A stretch of DNA of 64,000 nt, taken from contig JAQGDQ010000145.1 of NCBI GenBank assembly GCA_030141605.1, positions 248,001 to 312,000 of the forward strand, read 5' to 3'. Position 1 is the first letter of the stretch. The number at the start of each line of letters is the position of its first letter. The stretch is from Tubiluchus corallicola. Lineage: Eukaryota; Animalia; Priapulida. The position numbers and the translations under genes were made by a program. The notes below the pieces were generated by a model that was not told the DNA's origin, did no database searches, and saw nothing but the letters and a program-made list of their open reading frames with translations. Shown one piece after another: positions 35,270 to 49,844 of this stretch.

Positions 35270-38138
35270 TAATATTAAATTTGCTGAGCTTAAATAAAAT
35301 ATAGCAACATTTGTATAGGGGTGGGTATACTTTGCTTTCAGGCATACTCTGTGGAGGCATTGGGAAAAACCAAATAATAATAACAATTATATTTAGAAAC
35401 ATGCATTGTAACCAACATAGATAGTTACATCACTTACATGAAATGAAATTGTCTGATGATCATATGCAATAACACGTTAACCGAAGTGTTCTTTTATTTA
35501 CAAAATTTTGGGCCTAAACTTATCCCTGCATAATTTAATGCCTGTTATTTTATTGAAAAGTAAAAAATGAGCTGTTGAAACAAACAAGACACTAAACATT
35601 TGAAATTTCAAGACAGAATCCTGCATATGCTTAAGTGAAATAGTTCAACACAATAAAATTAATTAATTTTCGCCATGTTGTCTTTTTTTCTTTAACAAAT
35701 TTGAGATCATATAGGCTGTTACAGGCAAAATGTGTAACAGGGTAAAATACCTAGGAATTTTTGGAGTGTCAAAACAAACCGGCAAATTACCTAAAATAAT
35801 TTTTTCTACAATTTTCCTAAGCATTATATAACGCAAAAGTTTTGTTTGGCAAAAAATGTAATTCTTTTGTTTCGGATGTACTGTTCATAGGCATTTTAGA
35901 AAATGGTGAATAAATTTTGAAACTGTGAAAGTAAAATAATGGTCAATTGTTTTGATGAGATTTTCCTAAATATTTTGTACAATGCACAATTCTGAAAGAA
36001 TGTGCGAAGCAAGTCATTCATGTTTTATATACTTGTAAATTTCTATGTTAAACCTAGGTAACTAGCATTTCAAACAAACGCTCAGGTTGCTCAAACCAAA
36101 TTTGAAATTGAAGCACCTGATTTTTGTTTTAAGTATTATTACATTAACTGAATATATATTAGCTGAAAACTTTACATAATTATAGTGGTTAACATAAAAC
36201 AGTGACCTTTTTAATTTTAATTAACATTTCCAACAAAATAGGTGGTATTACTAAAAAAATATATTGAAGTTAATGAATTTGATAAATGGCTTATGTGCGA
36301 CTGTCGTATATAAGCAGCTTGTCTCTTTACGTCTTGTTTCTCCCCACATTCATATTTTATTGTTTTATCATTTATTTTTAATGTATATTTTTAATTAATG
36401 TGAAATAAATGAAATGAATAAATAAATAAAAATAAGTTTTATGTTTGAGGATTTCGTGGATTCGAATATACCATGGTTAATGTAGCCTTTAATGTTGCTG
36501 TAACCAGATATTTCCAGGTGCAAATTTCGGTGATTTCGCGATTATTTTACGATGTCATAAACGCTAATTAAATTCCTTGCACAGATTATCCCATAAATTA
36601 ATATCTTGCTAGAAAGTCGGATATTGAACATAGGTCTTCGTCTCAAGTCAAAGAAAGCCTACTAAAAACAACACGAGATTTTTTTCAGTACACCAGCTCT
36701 CTTCATTTTCCATCAATTTTCTATATTTTAGGTAGGTGTATTGGGAAGCGTGTTTTTATTGCCCTGTAAGTTATGGCCATTGCTCAGGTAACTGCTGAGA
36801 ACCAGTAGAAGTAAACGTTAGTCAGTAATTGTTACACACTTGCCTAACGTTAATGATTTTGCAGAAAATGTTTTATAGTCGTCGCTCTGAGGCGTATAAA
36901 CGTTATGGCTTCATTTTACTAACAGATTACGAGCGTTCATGTGAAAAAAACATTGCAGGTGAGTGGTCGACTTCCGATTCAGGGTGAGGGGAGGTAGTTA
37001 TAGAGACAGCGGTGATGAGGTGAACGATAATGATGACTGTGACTGGCATTTTATCGAATTTGTAATTATTTTTACGTCCGTTTTATTTTAGGTTTTTCGG
37101 TAATTATGAAAATATTTTTATAGATGGCGCTTTTGCTTGAAATAAAAAGATTAAATAAAAAAATAAATATGATGGTGACGTTTATGGAAAAATTGGTTTT
37201 ATTGTATGGGATTTTTACGTTAATAAAACTCAGGGGAGAAACCTATGGTACACTAACCTGGTAATCTATTTGTAACAGGACTGAAACTGTTAGAAATCTT
37301 TTTATGATTGTCGTTAAGATAGGGTTATGCGATTATCCCTTTTTAAAGTAAACCTCGATATGTATTTCTTTAATTGTTTGTGTCTTACTACTTTGAACAT
37401 TTAATCATTTTCATTTAGTCATTCGTACTTCCTCTTTCAAAAGATCACAAAGAAACACTAAAAAGCAGACAAGATTTGATTAAAATGTGGCCACAATAAA
37501 ATACATCATTATTTCATTCAAGTAACATTTCTATTCACTTATAACTTGAGAACAATAGTATGATTCACACATCTCAAATTTCACAAATATAAAGCGTTAG
37601 GTTAATAAATGTTTACTTACATACTACCATTTACATGAATAGCATAATTATCACAAATAGCACAATGCACTAAAGCACAATAATCACCTTATAAGGCATA
37701 ACATGCATTCAAGTTAGGTGCACCATAATATTAACTATAATTTAGCACTATAGGGCTATATAGGGGGACTTGCTCTATTAGCCAGTGAAAGCTAAGAGAG
37801 TCGTCCTGGTTGCTCATGTAGAGCGGCCTTATATAAACTTTTCCTTCATAAATTAATCTAAAGAGTGGGCTTCATGCAATGCATACATGCATACTTGTAT
37901 GGTCTGAAACTACCTACAGACCTATTCTAAGGGCAAATCTAAGTCTAACATTCAAGGCTATATTATAAGACTATATTTAAAGGAAAATTCATTAAGTAAG
38001 AAAAAATCCTAGAGAATTTAGAGGGGATTTTATAGACACATAAAATTAAATTTATCTTCGGGAAATATATGTGCGATTTCCCGACAACGTTGACGATTAT
38101 GGTGATGGTTACGATCGTAATGATAATGATAGTGATGG

Positions 38139-38169
<31 letters not shown>

Positions 38170-38321
38170 AGCTACGACGACTCGAAGTTCAGATTTTCAA
38201 AATTAAAAGTACTGTTCGTCCGTTTTTTGCTTATCTAATTTTGAATCAATTATGAAATCATGGATTTAGAAAGTGACATTGACAATAACGTTTACAATAA
38301 GAATCATGACATTACAATGGT

Positions 38322-38646
<325 letters not shown>

Positions 38647-38693
38647 TAATAAACTTGCAGGTTTCTGTCGTGTAGCATTTCAGCTACTGCTAA

Positions 38694-38830
38694 AGCTTAC
38701 AATTTCCCACGCACAAGAAATTGGTTCGTGAAATGGATTAGGATTAGGGTTAGATTAGAGAATTAGGGTTGGGTTGGGATTCGGGTTAGCGTGAGGTCAT
38801 TTAAATTGTGTGGGGAACTGTAAACTCCTT
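38694..38830. mobile_element. Small MITE-like element with ~22-bp inverted ends and internal degenerate TTAGGG repeats
   Basis: agcttacaatttcccacgcacaa (38694-38716) is inverted relative to ttgtgtggggaactgtaaact (38806-38826). The interior reads ggattaggattagggttagattag...gggttggg. Confidence 0.6.
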
Positions 38831-39619
38831 CCTCAGTTACTATAAGAACTTAGAGGTAATTAGATTCACGGCACTATACCTGTCCATTTCTTAAATTTTT
38901 AACACATTTCAGAGCTTTGTGGATAAACTTTATCGATTAACGAAAGGTGTTTGTCTATAAAACAGTCAGCTAGACTCGCCGACTCTGATTGATACCTTAA
39001 TAGAGTCGATTATTGACGCTTATGTCATAATCGCTAATTATTATGCATGCATTACACTCGGCCTGCCTGCCTTCCTGCCTGAAGCTGCATCACGTGATCT
39101 GCTGAAGCCAAGTAGAGCGGACCGGAGAAAACTTCTTCAAAACCACCTTTGCTGGTACGTTTACTGTTGTGTTGGTGATTTTGACTTTTTTCAGGCAGTT
39201 TAGTTTTCTTGAATGAGGAGGTAAAAGGCAGCGGAAAAGAGCAGAGAAAGAGGACAGGAAGAGTAGAAACAATTTTGAACGGTAAAATTATTTTCGTCGG
39301 TGAATGATTAAAAATACCAAGGAAAAATTATTATAAGGTTTCAATTTGGAATTATTTTATTTTTTGTGTCTAACCGAAATCTTTGTTTTCAATGTTGTTA
39401 ATTATTATAATTCAAATCAATTTTTGATTGCTAATATGAGGGTGTCAGGAAATGATTGCTCCATCCTGTACAGAAGTATTTGATAAAAACCGACAAAACC
39501 CGAGAGAAAGAACATTTAATTTTGAATTAAGATTGCATAGAGCTGCCATTATTCACAGTTCTATGGACTATAAGTGGACAAGGTACGATTTGTGTAAAGT
39601 TATCCATCAACGTCGTCAT

Positions 39620-39730
39620 TGTCACCATCGTCATCATCATCACCACCACCACCACGACGACCACTACCATCATCATCATCTTCCATATCATCATCATCAT
39701 CATCAGCATCATTACCGCCATCATCATCAT

Positions 39731-39778
<48 letters not shown>

Positions 39779-39780
39779 TA
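39620..39780. repeat. (CAT/CAC)n microsatellite
   Basis: Visible trinucleotide array; it produces the spurious poly-His/poly-Ser/poly-Met ORFs. Confidence 0.9.
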
Positions 39781-40415
39781 CATAAGAAATTTAAACAATA
39801 ATTTTATTGTTTTAGGTTTCTCAATGAGAATGTTGTCATGATTTCTTTAAGAACTTTGTTGAATTTTCATTTTTGATGTTGATAAGTAGAATATGTTTTT
39901 AAAACAGTTTTCTAGGGAAACAAACACCTTTACAAGAATGAGTTGCAATATTGCAAAAACCATCTTGAGCTGAGAGCAGAAGTATAATTAGTTTAAAATG
40001 TAATTAATAACGATTCGTCATTATGACGAAGTGTACTGGTGCTTCAGAACTTTCTATTTTTTAAAAAAAAATTATCAAAAATAGCAATTATAAATAGAAC
40101 CAAATGATAGTTTGTTTGTCGATCAATGAAAACTTTTGTGGCATCAAATCGTCTACAAGACCCGCTCGCAATATCTTTGCACTTTAATCTGATTGAAAAA
40201 TCTCCTGCCATGCACAGATTTCACACCTCTACTCTACAGTCAGTATGGCAGCAGAGGAAAACGGGATTAAACTTTTAATGTAGATTAAAAAAACACTAAC
40301 TGAGTAAGAGTTTAGCAGCTGCAATTAAAATTGAAAATAAATTTGTAAGAGACTTTTGAAACACCATGTATATTACTACTTCTTAAATAATATTATTGCT
40401 TAAATTTCTTATGTA

Positions 40416-40450
<35 letters not shown>

Positions 40451-43400
40451 AATGACAATAACGACCATAACGACGACGATGATGATTTTGATAAACTTGA
40501 TATGACAGTGATGACGTTGAGGATATGGATAACGATGGTATCGATGCTGATGACGATCATAATGACAATGATAATGATGATAGTACATCAGAAATGTAAG
40601 AAAATATCAATAATTGGTGAAAATACTACAGCATTATTTATCGACGCTAATTTTTTCGTTTCAACTCAATATAGCAATCACGCCTTCACAAATAATATTC
40701 CAATAAAATGTAAATAAAATTACTGAGTTTTTGTATGATGCATTTCTGATTATTTTATGAAAAGGTTTCTGAAAATATTAATTGTTGTCTTATTTTACTA
40801 TTAAAATTTAATAAATGTATCAATACAAAACTGGAAAAAGTTTAGACAAATGTATTTTTTATGAATCAGTCAGAAAGGCATCTATCTATACCGATTCTTG
40901 TATGCATTAAAATCGCGCAAATAATTTGAATACAGGCTGAATGTCATAGTTGAGAAGTCATTATAGCACTAATTCGTGCAGAGTAAAGTAAATTGCGATT
41001 TATTGGCTCACGTGATTCAAAATCCAGTTATTAAAACAAATGTGCAGTTTTTGTTGACATACTAGCTTCGAGCTTGTATGTTGACCCAATAAAGGAAGTT
41101 GTGGTACTAAGCAGCTCAATGTTCTTTGAAAACAAATCTTGCAAGAATCATTGTTCATAAGCCAACACATTGGAACTTTGTGGTCAGGTGGTATAGTTTT
41201 TCCTAGATATACTTTTATATCTCGAAAGAAACCACTAATGTAATCCTGGAATACGTGTATTTGAAGTTACAGAGGTGCCGATTTCCTGTCCGCCCAGGCC
41301 CCATGTACCCACAGATCAAGTGCTTCAAAATGAGAAACGTGGCAGAACCCCGGGGCATAACTAAGGATAAGGAGTCTTCTTTGTCGATTTAGCAGTCAAA
41401 GAGTAAGGGCTTCGCTTGTGATGATTTTTTAAATGTTCCTATTTGTGGTACTTGCGACCTTTATAGCTTTTGACTCATTATTGCTAATCCTTGTTTTGGA
41501 GGACTAATGTTTTTACGTTAAAGAGATTGCGCCTCCTTAGTACGTGTGATAGAAGTCCTGTTTGGGACCCATTTTAGACATTCATTGGCCTCATTGATTA
41601 ATAATTGTGTTTGAGGGATGAGCAGCTGTCAGCAAACTATGGCAGACATAAGCTTAACATTTGACTACAGGTAGTCTAAAATACTGATATGTAGAACTAG
41701 GTTATAGGCCAATCAACACATAAGTTAGGCAATGAACAAAGTGATAATTCACCTTCAGGTACGCAATGTAAATTCTAATTTTGTGTTTTATAGAAGTATC
41801 GATTCGATTCGTCATCACATCTACATATTGAAGTTTACAGGTCAAATATATGACAAGATAATTTTGTATGCACGTTGCTAGATAAAACCAAAATAATGTT
41901 ACTGTCGCTGTTGCTGCTGCTGTTGCTGCTGCTGTTGCTGTTTTTGTTACTACAACTGCTGTTATTAGTGCCGTTGCTGTTGTTCCCGTTACTGTCATAA
42001 TTGCTGTAACCGATGTTAGTAAATAGAGAACAGTTCCGTAAGTTTCAATAAGAAGAAGAACAACAAAATTTATAGGGGCTTGTTAGGTACTAAATTTGAA
42101 ACGACATAATTTATTTGCTTTGAATTTTGATCTTAAAATTTTTTGTTGTATTTAGGTATATTTGCCAAAAAAATTAGTTTTCAAGGTAAATCATGAACTT
42201 TTAATCTGCTACACTAAATTGCTTGAAAATTTGCAAAAGCACCAATAGACTGCATGGCTCACCATCATCGTGCGTGCCAGCGCCACCTATCAAGGCACCT
42301 TGTCCAAATTATTATTACTCATAAAAGTTCATGGGTAGTTGACGAGATTCTTAACAGTCAGTAGCACACAATCAAAGATCGATCAGGTATAGGACCAATT
42401 CATATTTACAAGAAAAAGCCATTAATATGCATAATCAAGACCTTGCTCGCGATTTTATAACAGCAAATTTTCGTGGAAGCATTTTGTTTTACCTTTGCTG
42501 TATGGAGTAGAAAAATAAAGAGGCAGGCAGAAAGGCAAAAGCAGGAGCGCAATGATTGAATTCTGAGGCGGAAAATCGAGAGCGTTTATTGCCTAAATAT
42601 AGCCACAACTTTAACATTTTTGTGATTTTAACACTTTCAGTACAGCAAAAGCATCAACACCCATTTGGCATTGATTACATGTTACATATTTTCTAGGATT
42701 TCATAACTCAAATTATTTTAATTGTATAGCTTAGTGTAATTTTTAACGTTCTTTTGTTTTTGTATATATGTTGAAACGAAAGACTGTTAAAATCGTTACA
42801 ATTACAAACATTAATTTCATGACTTATTATAGCTCTTTATTATTTATGCCGGTTTGGTTACGAGTTACGACTGCTTATAGGATGCTGTATATATACCAAG
42901 CATGTTTTAACTGTGCGGTGTATTTTTTGTGTTCAAATTAAAGATGAAGTAAGAGAAAATTACAAAAATGTCATGCGAGCTAAAGTTAAACATAAGGTAA
43001 CGACCGAATTTGTACGTCTTTAGATGTGTTTTGAAGCTGTATCAAAAGAACAGATATTGTTAAACTTTGAATGTTTTTGAAGACTACGTAACTTACGTTA
43101 TAGGAAGCAATACGTAAGCATCCATATACGTCTTATGCATTCGCCATATTACGTAATATTCACATGTAAACGAAGTGAAACAGTTTCCATGTTAAAAGCG
43201 GCATGCACCTTAAGAAACTTTGCAATTTTTTCTGTAAAAAAGTTTTATGCCAAAATGAGAATTAAAGAGATTACTCTTAATTTTCAAACTTCTATAAACT
43301 ATTACTGAGGAAAGTAAAAGCTAAGTTCGAACCATCAACTAACAGTCTAACACTCAAATAGCTAATAGAAGAAAACCTTTTTGTTTATAAACACTAACTT

Positions 43401-43505
43401 ACGTTTACAGGTTTCAACAACACTAAGATACGGACACGTAATTTTCTTACCCTTTCACAGGATTTTTTTGCGTCTGAAAACAGTGCATGCTCAATACATA
43501 TTTTG

Positions 43506-43507
<2 letters not shown>

Positions 43508-43543
<36 letters not shown>

Positions 43544-43746
43544 CAACAACAACAACAACAACAACAATAATAATAATAATAATAACATAGTTTAGGTCTA
43601 ACGACTTAAGTAACTCAATACTTATTTCCTGGTGCTTGGTCGAAGGATCATTTTTTTAAGTCTTTGTTATGACTCGGCCGTGTGTTGAACTCGCGACCTA
43701 CCAGGCGGGAAGCGATCACACTATCATTGGGCTACGCCGCCCGGTT
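43508..43746 (-). mobile_element. tRNA-derived SINE with (TTA/TTG)n tail
   Basis: Minus strand: GGCGGCGTAGCCCAATGATAG (A-box-like) ... GCGAGTTCAACAC (B-box-like), followed by GAGTCATAACAAAGACTTAAAAAAATG, a central motif I recall from widespread animal SINEs. It ends in the 43508-43586 trinucleotide tail. Confidence 0.65.
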
Positions 43747-45559
43747 GGTATATGCAAAGTATGATGTGTACTCGTCTGTTTTATTATTGAACGTATCTAA
43801 ATCCTGTAGAACATTGCACCTGCTTACAATGTGTTGGAGTGTAACTACATACGTTTTAATTTCTTCCTACTCTAAAACATAGTCTAGGTTATAATTATAT
43901 AGACGTTAAGTTATTTTGACAATTCCATAATTTGCACAACGATACAATAAGAATCTGTGTAGAGACAGTGAGACTCTGTATCGTCAAACAGACACTGAAG
44001 TCAACGTGCCCGTCAGTTGGATAAAGAGCAGGAAATAATTTAGAAATTTGACGCGGATGCTTTCTATCCCATTCGATGTCTTGGTTGAACTGTAACCCGA
44101 GCCAAGCTGTGCCGTTTGCCTGGCCTGGAACTCGATGAAATTAGTTGCCCGGATCATGCTGTTTACATTGGTATAATGTAAAATAAAAATGAGTCAGGCA
44201 AAGTGAAAAGAGAATTCACACAAAAATACCAGGGGTGGAAATTCGTAACCGTAAAATTTTAAGGACGAGCAAAAGGAAATTTGAAAGAATGAGGCGATTG
44301 GAATAAAAGAAATAAAAAATGATTAATGCTGCTATAGCAGAATACTATACACTAATAAAAACAGCTAGCAATAAAAATTTGTTTAACAACGCAGAAAAAC
44401 GTTTTGCTCGTTTTTTTATAAATGCAGAACAGTAAACACTTTTTTCGAAAAAGTTAACGGAGCTGACGGAAACATTAAGGATACTAGCTCAAATCCAAAT
44501 CTGGACATAATTTTATACTAAAACCGAAACTGTATTAATTCGCGAGCTGGTATGTAAGTATTAATCTTATATATTTAAATTGACACCGTCTGGGCCTACA
44601 CCTACCTACGTTACATACAATTTTGCTCCTCAGTATTTAGTGTTTTTGCACTTCGTGCACGCCTTATAATATGTAGGCTTTGCTAGTTAACTCCACTGAG
44701 TAGCTGCACGGTATAATGACGTAGTAAATGAATCGACGAAGTTGTTTGTAAAGCGTCTGCATTTTGCCTATTATGCAGAAGCTTGGTAAATTAGCCTGGC
44801 TTCCCCTAGGCGGCGCTGCAGGGCACATGGTCAAAATAAATACAATCAATGAAGCGTTATTGGCTTAGCTCTTTGAAACTACGTAACAAGGTAAATGGCG
44901 TGTTCATTATCACGTAAATAAGAAATTTTTAACTAAGCAAACCTATAAGAACCACAGTAGATTTGGGCTTAGTTTGTAGCACTGAAAAATCGTACTTTTT
45001 ATACAAAGCAGCGTTCGGCAAAGGCACAATCTTTCAACTCTAAAAATGCCAACAGTAGGAAAGTAATGCATGAAAAGACCATTAAAAAAGGGGAAAGAGA
45101 GGGTAAAATTTTAAAAGGTTTTAAATCCTTAACAATGCTTTACGCCACATTTGAAATTTAACTTTTACTGGCGAGTATATGAAATATTAAATTTAGTTTA
45201 TAACAGAAATTGATGAAATGTTAACGTCAATTGATAAACAGCATCAAAACAAGAATTAAAGCACATAATGTTATTTTGTCGTGACTAGGGGGAGAAAAGG
45301 CAATTATAAGTATGTCCCAAAAAAACTTTCCGTACAAAGTTATATTACTTAGCACTACGCTTAACTGTTTAAAAGACTTTTGCAACTCAAACAGAAAGTT
45401 CTTGGTAATTTAAACTGGCAAAACGTCACTGGCTCCCAGTGTGCACCACTGACTCAGCAAGAACATTTTTAGTCTGACTGACATGATAAAGTAATTTTTA
45501 TTTTTGCTTAGTTGATGAATAAATAAAAATGAACAAAATCTGAAATCTGTGAAGAGTGT

Positions 45560-45670
45560 GAATTTTCTGATTATCTTTTCAAACTTTACGCAATATTATT
45601 TAAACTGGTTTCAAACGGGCAACTGTCAAAATGGCTGAGCCCAACGGTCGTCAGAGAGTTTAAATTTTCA
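45560..45670 (-). repeat. Dispersed repeat, inverted copy of 24458-24575
   Basis: Reverse-complement alignment by eye; see the 24458 entry. Confidence 0.75.
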
Positions 45671-48103
45671 AATTTTACGCAGCTGCTAATATAAGAGGTC
45701 TGTGCGCAATAAGGTAGTATGCAGGTGATACAAAATCTCAAAGCACTTTTTAGTTTTATGAAAGTAAAGGGGGTTTTCTTGTCCTTGAAATAACCTGCAA
45801 AAGATATGTTAGGAACAACAACAAGTTAGTAACAGAAGTAGAAAGAAAGAAATATGATTAGAAAATACAAATTATTATTAATGCGCATCAAGACGAAATG
45901 TGAAATACGAAAATACGTGAAATACAACACTACCATGCTGGAAACAAATTGTTAGCAACTCCAAGAAATTTTTAATATCAATATGAAAATGCGGCATTTA
46001 ATACGTAAGTCAAACTACCTTTAAAATTTTAAATTTAAATAAGATTGTTCACTACTTAGGAACACTTACGAATGTAGCCACAAGTCCAATTTTGTGGGCG
46101 TATAAAACTTGCTTTACTAAAATAAACAATGTTACTTTCACATTACTAAACCAGCTTTCACTGCTATAAAATAAAGGTTGGGAAGCAAGTTATTTTCATT
46201 AACCTTACTTCAAAGAAATTCTTCCCCACATAAGCGTCCAAGCAATGGCTTTTAAGAAAATGAGCGCTAACACGATTCAAATAATAAGATTTTTCAGATT
46301 GTTATTTGATACTCACAAAGGTAAACTGACAGTATTAAATGGGAAAAAGCTGTTGTCTCAGAACTGCAGCTAAATTACTTACAATAGTTTGGTTTTTGCT
46401 GTTTGTCAAAATTTGCGTTTCCTGTATGCAGGAAGCGAGGCAACATTTCTAGTCGTTAACATTGACATTTCACTCGATTTAGATCATTTTAACAACATTT
46501 CTACAGAACTCCTACTTCAGAGATTATGGTCTTTTTATGACACATTTAACTTCCAAAGTGATCTAAACCGTACACTTAGGGAAAGTTCTTTTTCAAGCTT
46601 TTTCTACGAGCTGCAAACTAAGTTCTTCCGCTTCCTTGTCACAACGTGTTTTTAACAATGTGCAATAAGCTCATTCTACATATTATGTCAGTTCATTTGA
46701 AGTAGAACGAGAAAGCACGTGCGTGTGGCTACATATATGTGCATTGCTAAAATATGACTGTCTAATAATAACTCAAAAAACTTTCTTGCTTGGTAATAAC
46801 AAATTTTGATTGGAAGTGAATTAAAATTAATATTAAAATTTATCTTGACTCTCAACCGGACTTGCTATTACATTACCTTCATCAATGTTGCTGCTCAACA
46901 TACTGCTATCAACAATTTTATATAGTTGTACCAGCTCGTCAGTAACCGTAGTTGTTGTTACCTACCATTGTGATAGTATTAACACCATTGCTGCTTCACT
47001 AACATAGCTGTCATTGTTGCTGTCAACATCATAATATTCATCATCATCATCATCATCATAATCATCATCAACGTCGGAAACATTAGTTTACTGCCGTGGC
47101 GGTTGACTTTTAAAAATCTGTTCTTCTACTTCTTTGCACCATCTTGTACTGTTTTATCTTTAATTTATGTTTTACTTCAGGTCGCAGTATTTCTAGTGGC
47201 CTTGAAAGCTAGATATAATTGGTATTGACAAGTATGTATATATTACGTATACGTATACGTATTATGTGTACGTACATGAATATGAAATTAGCGAATACAT
47301 GATACGACTTGCGAGGAGCCGCAGTATTTTTCTGGGGACGCCTCATTGGGTAAGGATTCATTTATATTTGACCTCGCATTTCAAAATTCAAGCCATTTTC
47401 CCCGACTCATATAAGTAAACAAGTAAGCAAAAATTTATTTTCAATCGATTATTTACATAAAGGCACTAGCCATAACGCTCTTTATTAGGGATTCCATCAT
47501 ATTATCCTATTATCATATTATCCTGGGATTCCAACTTAACTCCTTTATTAGCCATGAGTTCCTAAACTGTTATTGTACTAAATTTCCGACTGACGGTCAT
47601 AAAATTCATACGGGTCGCATTATTTTGAAGCAACGTTGAAGCTTCATTGGACTGTATAGTTTCCTTGTAGAGTTCACGTTGTTGAGGTGTTATTCGAGGT
47701 GCAGAGTTCACTGGAAACAGTTAATGATGGTCGTGCTGAGTCGAGTTTTGAGAAAACATTATTGTATTACACTATACACTACTTTTAAACATTTTTCGGT
47801 ATAAACTTAGTTAAGTGTTTTATAATGTGGGTCGTTATTTAATAGTATCGTAATTATTGTATTGCTCTTTCGAACATTGTTAAGCACCAACCTATTCCAT
47901 TGACAAACCTGATTGCTGTGAGGGAAACCGCAACATAATTACGTCCTTCTTTGGATAATTAACAAACGTTTCTGTAAAAATTTTCTTTTTTCTTTGCTCT
48001 CTTACTCTTAACGATTTTATTAGAATATTGCGCACAATAATAGATATTTTAGAACGGAGCCTAACGTGAAATTTTAACGTTATTGATTTCAAGTAAACCA
48101 TAT

Positions 48104-49440
48104 CTATCTTTTATTCAAACGTGTGTCAGAAACAAACTCGTGAATAAAAGGACCAAGCTCATGAGCTTCTTCTAGTTCTCGCACTGTCCTATGATGCTCG
48201 TGATCTCGCTTTTCAATACGCATCGCGACAACGAACAACAAGCTAGCTATGCAACTAAGTACACCAAAAGTCAAAAATCCATTGTTGTAGTTTCCAGTTC
48301 TGTCAAACGTCCATGCGGCAGTTGGACTACCTATTAATCCGCCTAGCCCCATTGCCAACATCTGAAAACTATACGCGGGAAGAAAACGTTCCAATCCAAA
48401 CATCTCTATCGTCAACGTGGGATGAAGGGCTACCTTTACTCCATAAGACATCCCATATACACCCATTAGAATGTGAAAGCAAGAGAGACGTGTAGATATA
48501 GGCATATAAGCACCTGAGAGACGCCTTGTACAAAACCTCCTACAGCATATACCCATCGTAATGTATTAGACGTAGGCCCTAAAAACGCGACCATCAAACG
48601 GATGGCAGCAGTGCATGCACCCATGGTGGTCACTGTCCAGGCTGCTTGGGTTCGATTGATTCCGTTGGACACAGCAACATCTACTGCTAAACCAAACACA
48701 ACTATGAGTGCTGCTAGCCAAAGGAAACTGTTAATCGTGTAAAGACAAAGTTTTGGATCTTTAAATAGATGGAAAGCTAGCACATTTCTAATATCGACAG
48801 TTTCCTTGGGTTGATTTGGACTGATAGGAGCGCTAAGAGCTCCTGCCACAATAACCTGCGATGTTATACTTGCCAACAACAACATAGTTCCCCGCCATGC
48901 AAACTGTTCTATAAAAAAATTTGTCAAAGGACCAGAAAACATAACACCAACTGCGCCAATGCAGAAAGTCAGAGCATTCATTTGACCACGCCTTCTCTCA
49001 AAATAAATTCCAAGCGAGTACAGTGCGGGTAGATGTGACATCCCCAAACCTATTCCTGTCACAATTCCAAAAGAGACGAATAAAAAGTATTCGTTAGTAG
49101 CAAAATAAGACAAGAATTGTCCAAGAGTAGCAACAGTGCCTCCTAACATTATTGTCTTCCTGACTCCCAGACGTTGTGTCATCAGGTTGCTAAAAGGTCC
49201 AATTAAGAAAATCGTAGCTGATAAGCACGATCCTATCCAGGCAATAACGCTTTTCTTGGCACCAAAATATTCATACAGTTCAACAAATAGTACACTAAAC
49301 ACATTCAGCATGAACAATTGCACAGTTACTTGTACAGTTGTAGCAAACATGATAGTCCAAGCATAACCTTGATCAATATTTTTCTGATTGTGTGGATGGT
49401 TATTTGGCACTGGTGTTTTACTTGTCTTTGACTTTGCCAT
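48104..49440 (-). CDS. SLC16A: Monocarboxylate transporter family (SLC16/MFS), intronless, interrupted by one frameshift near 48470-48510 (functional gene with assembly error, or young pseudogene)
   Basis: ORF 49440-48466 has the SLC16 N-terminal motif DQGYAW (D-G-G-W-G-W), 'GVRKTIMLGG', 'YFERRRG..N', 'WRG' and 'LFKDP'. The overlapping ORF 48556-48104 continues with TM10-12 (GVYGMSYG...EMFGLERF..AY...G.GGLIGSPTAAW..DRTGNY). The joined length is ~444-445 aa. Confidence 0.88.
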
Positions 49441-49844
49441 TCTGTAGTTCTGGTGCTTTCTGGATTACGTGTGTGCATAACATAAGTTCCTAATTCAAAC
49501 TGTTCACTGTCACTGCTATAAACATGACCGCTAAAACACATGCACTTACTTTGTACACAAGCACAATTTCTAACCCTGCAAAACTCAGTAAAAGAATGCC
49601 GCCTGTGACCCAAAACAGTATAATCAATTAAAGTTTTAAGGTTAGTCAAGTAGTAACGTTTGATTATAGGTCATGCATAAATTTACCCTTTGCCTTGGAT
49701 TTTGATATGCACTTTTGACTTATTATTGTTATAAGTTTACACAGTAGCAAAACAGAGTTCAAAAAACTGTCTTGTGGAACAGTAAAAAAAGAAGTGCACG
49801 ATGTTTACATATAGAAAGTAATATATAGGCCTATATCTATCTGT

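Noticed and set aside
48440-48515. Small intron repairing the MCT frameshift (CAG|GTGCTT... on the minus strand)
   Set aside because: The first available AG acceptors lie beyond GMSYG, so splicing would delete most of the predicted TM10; the donor is also weak.
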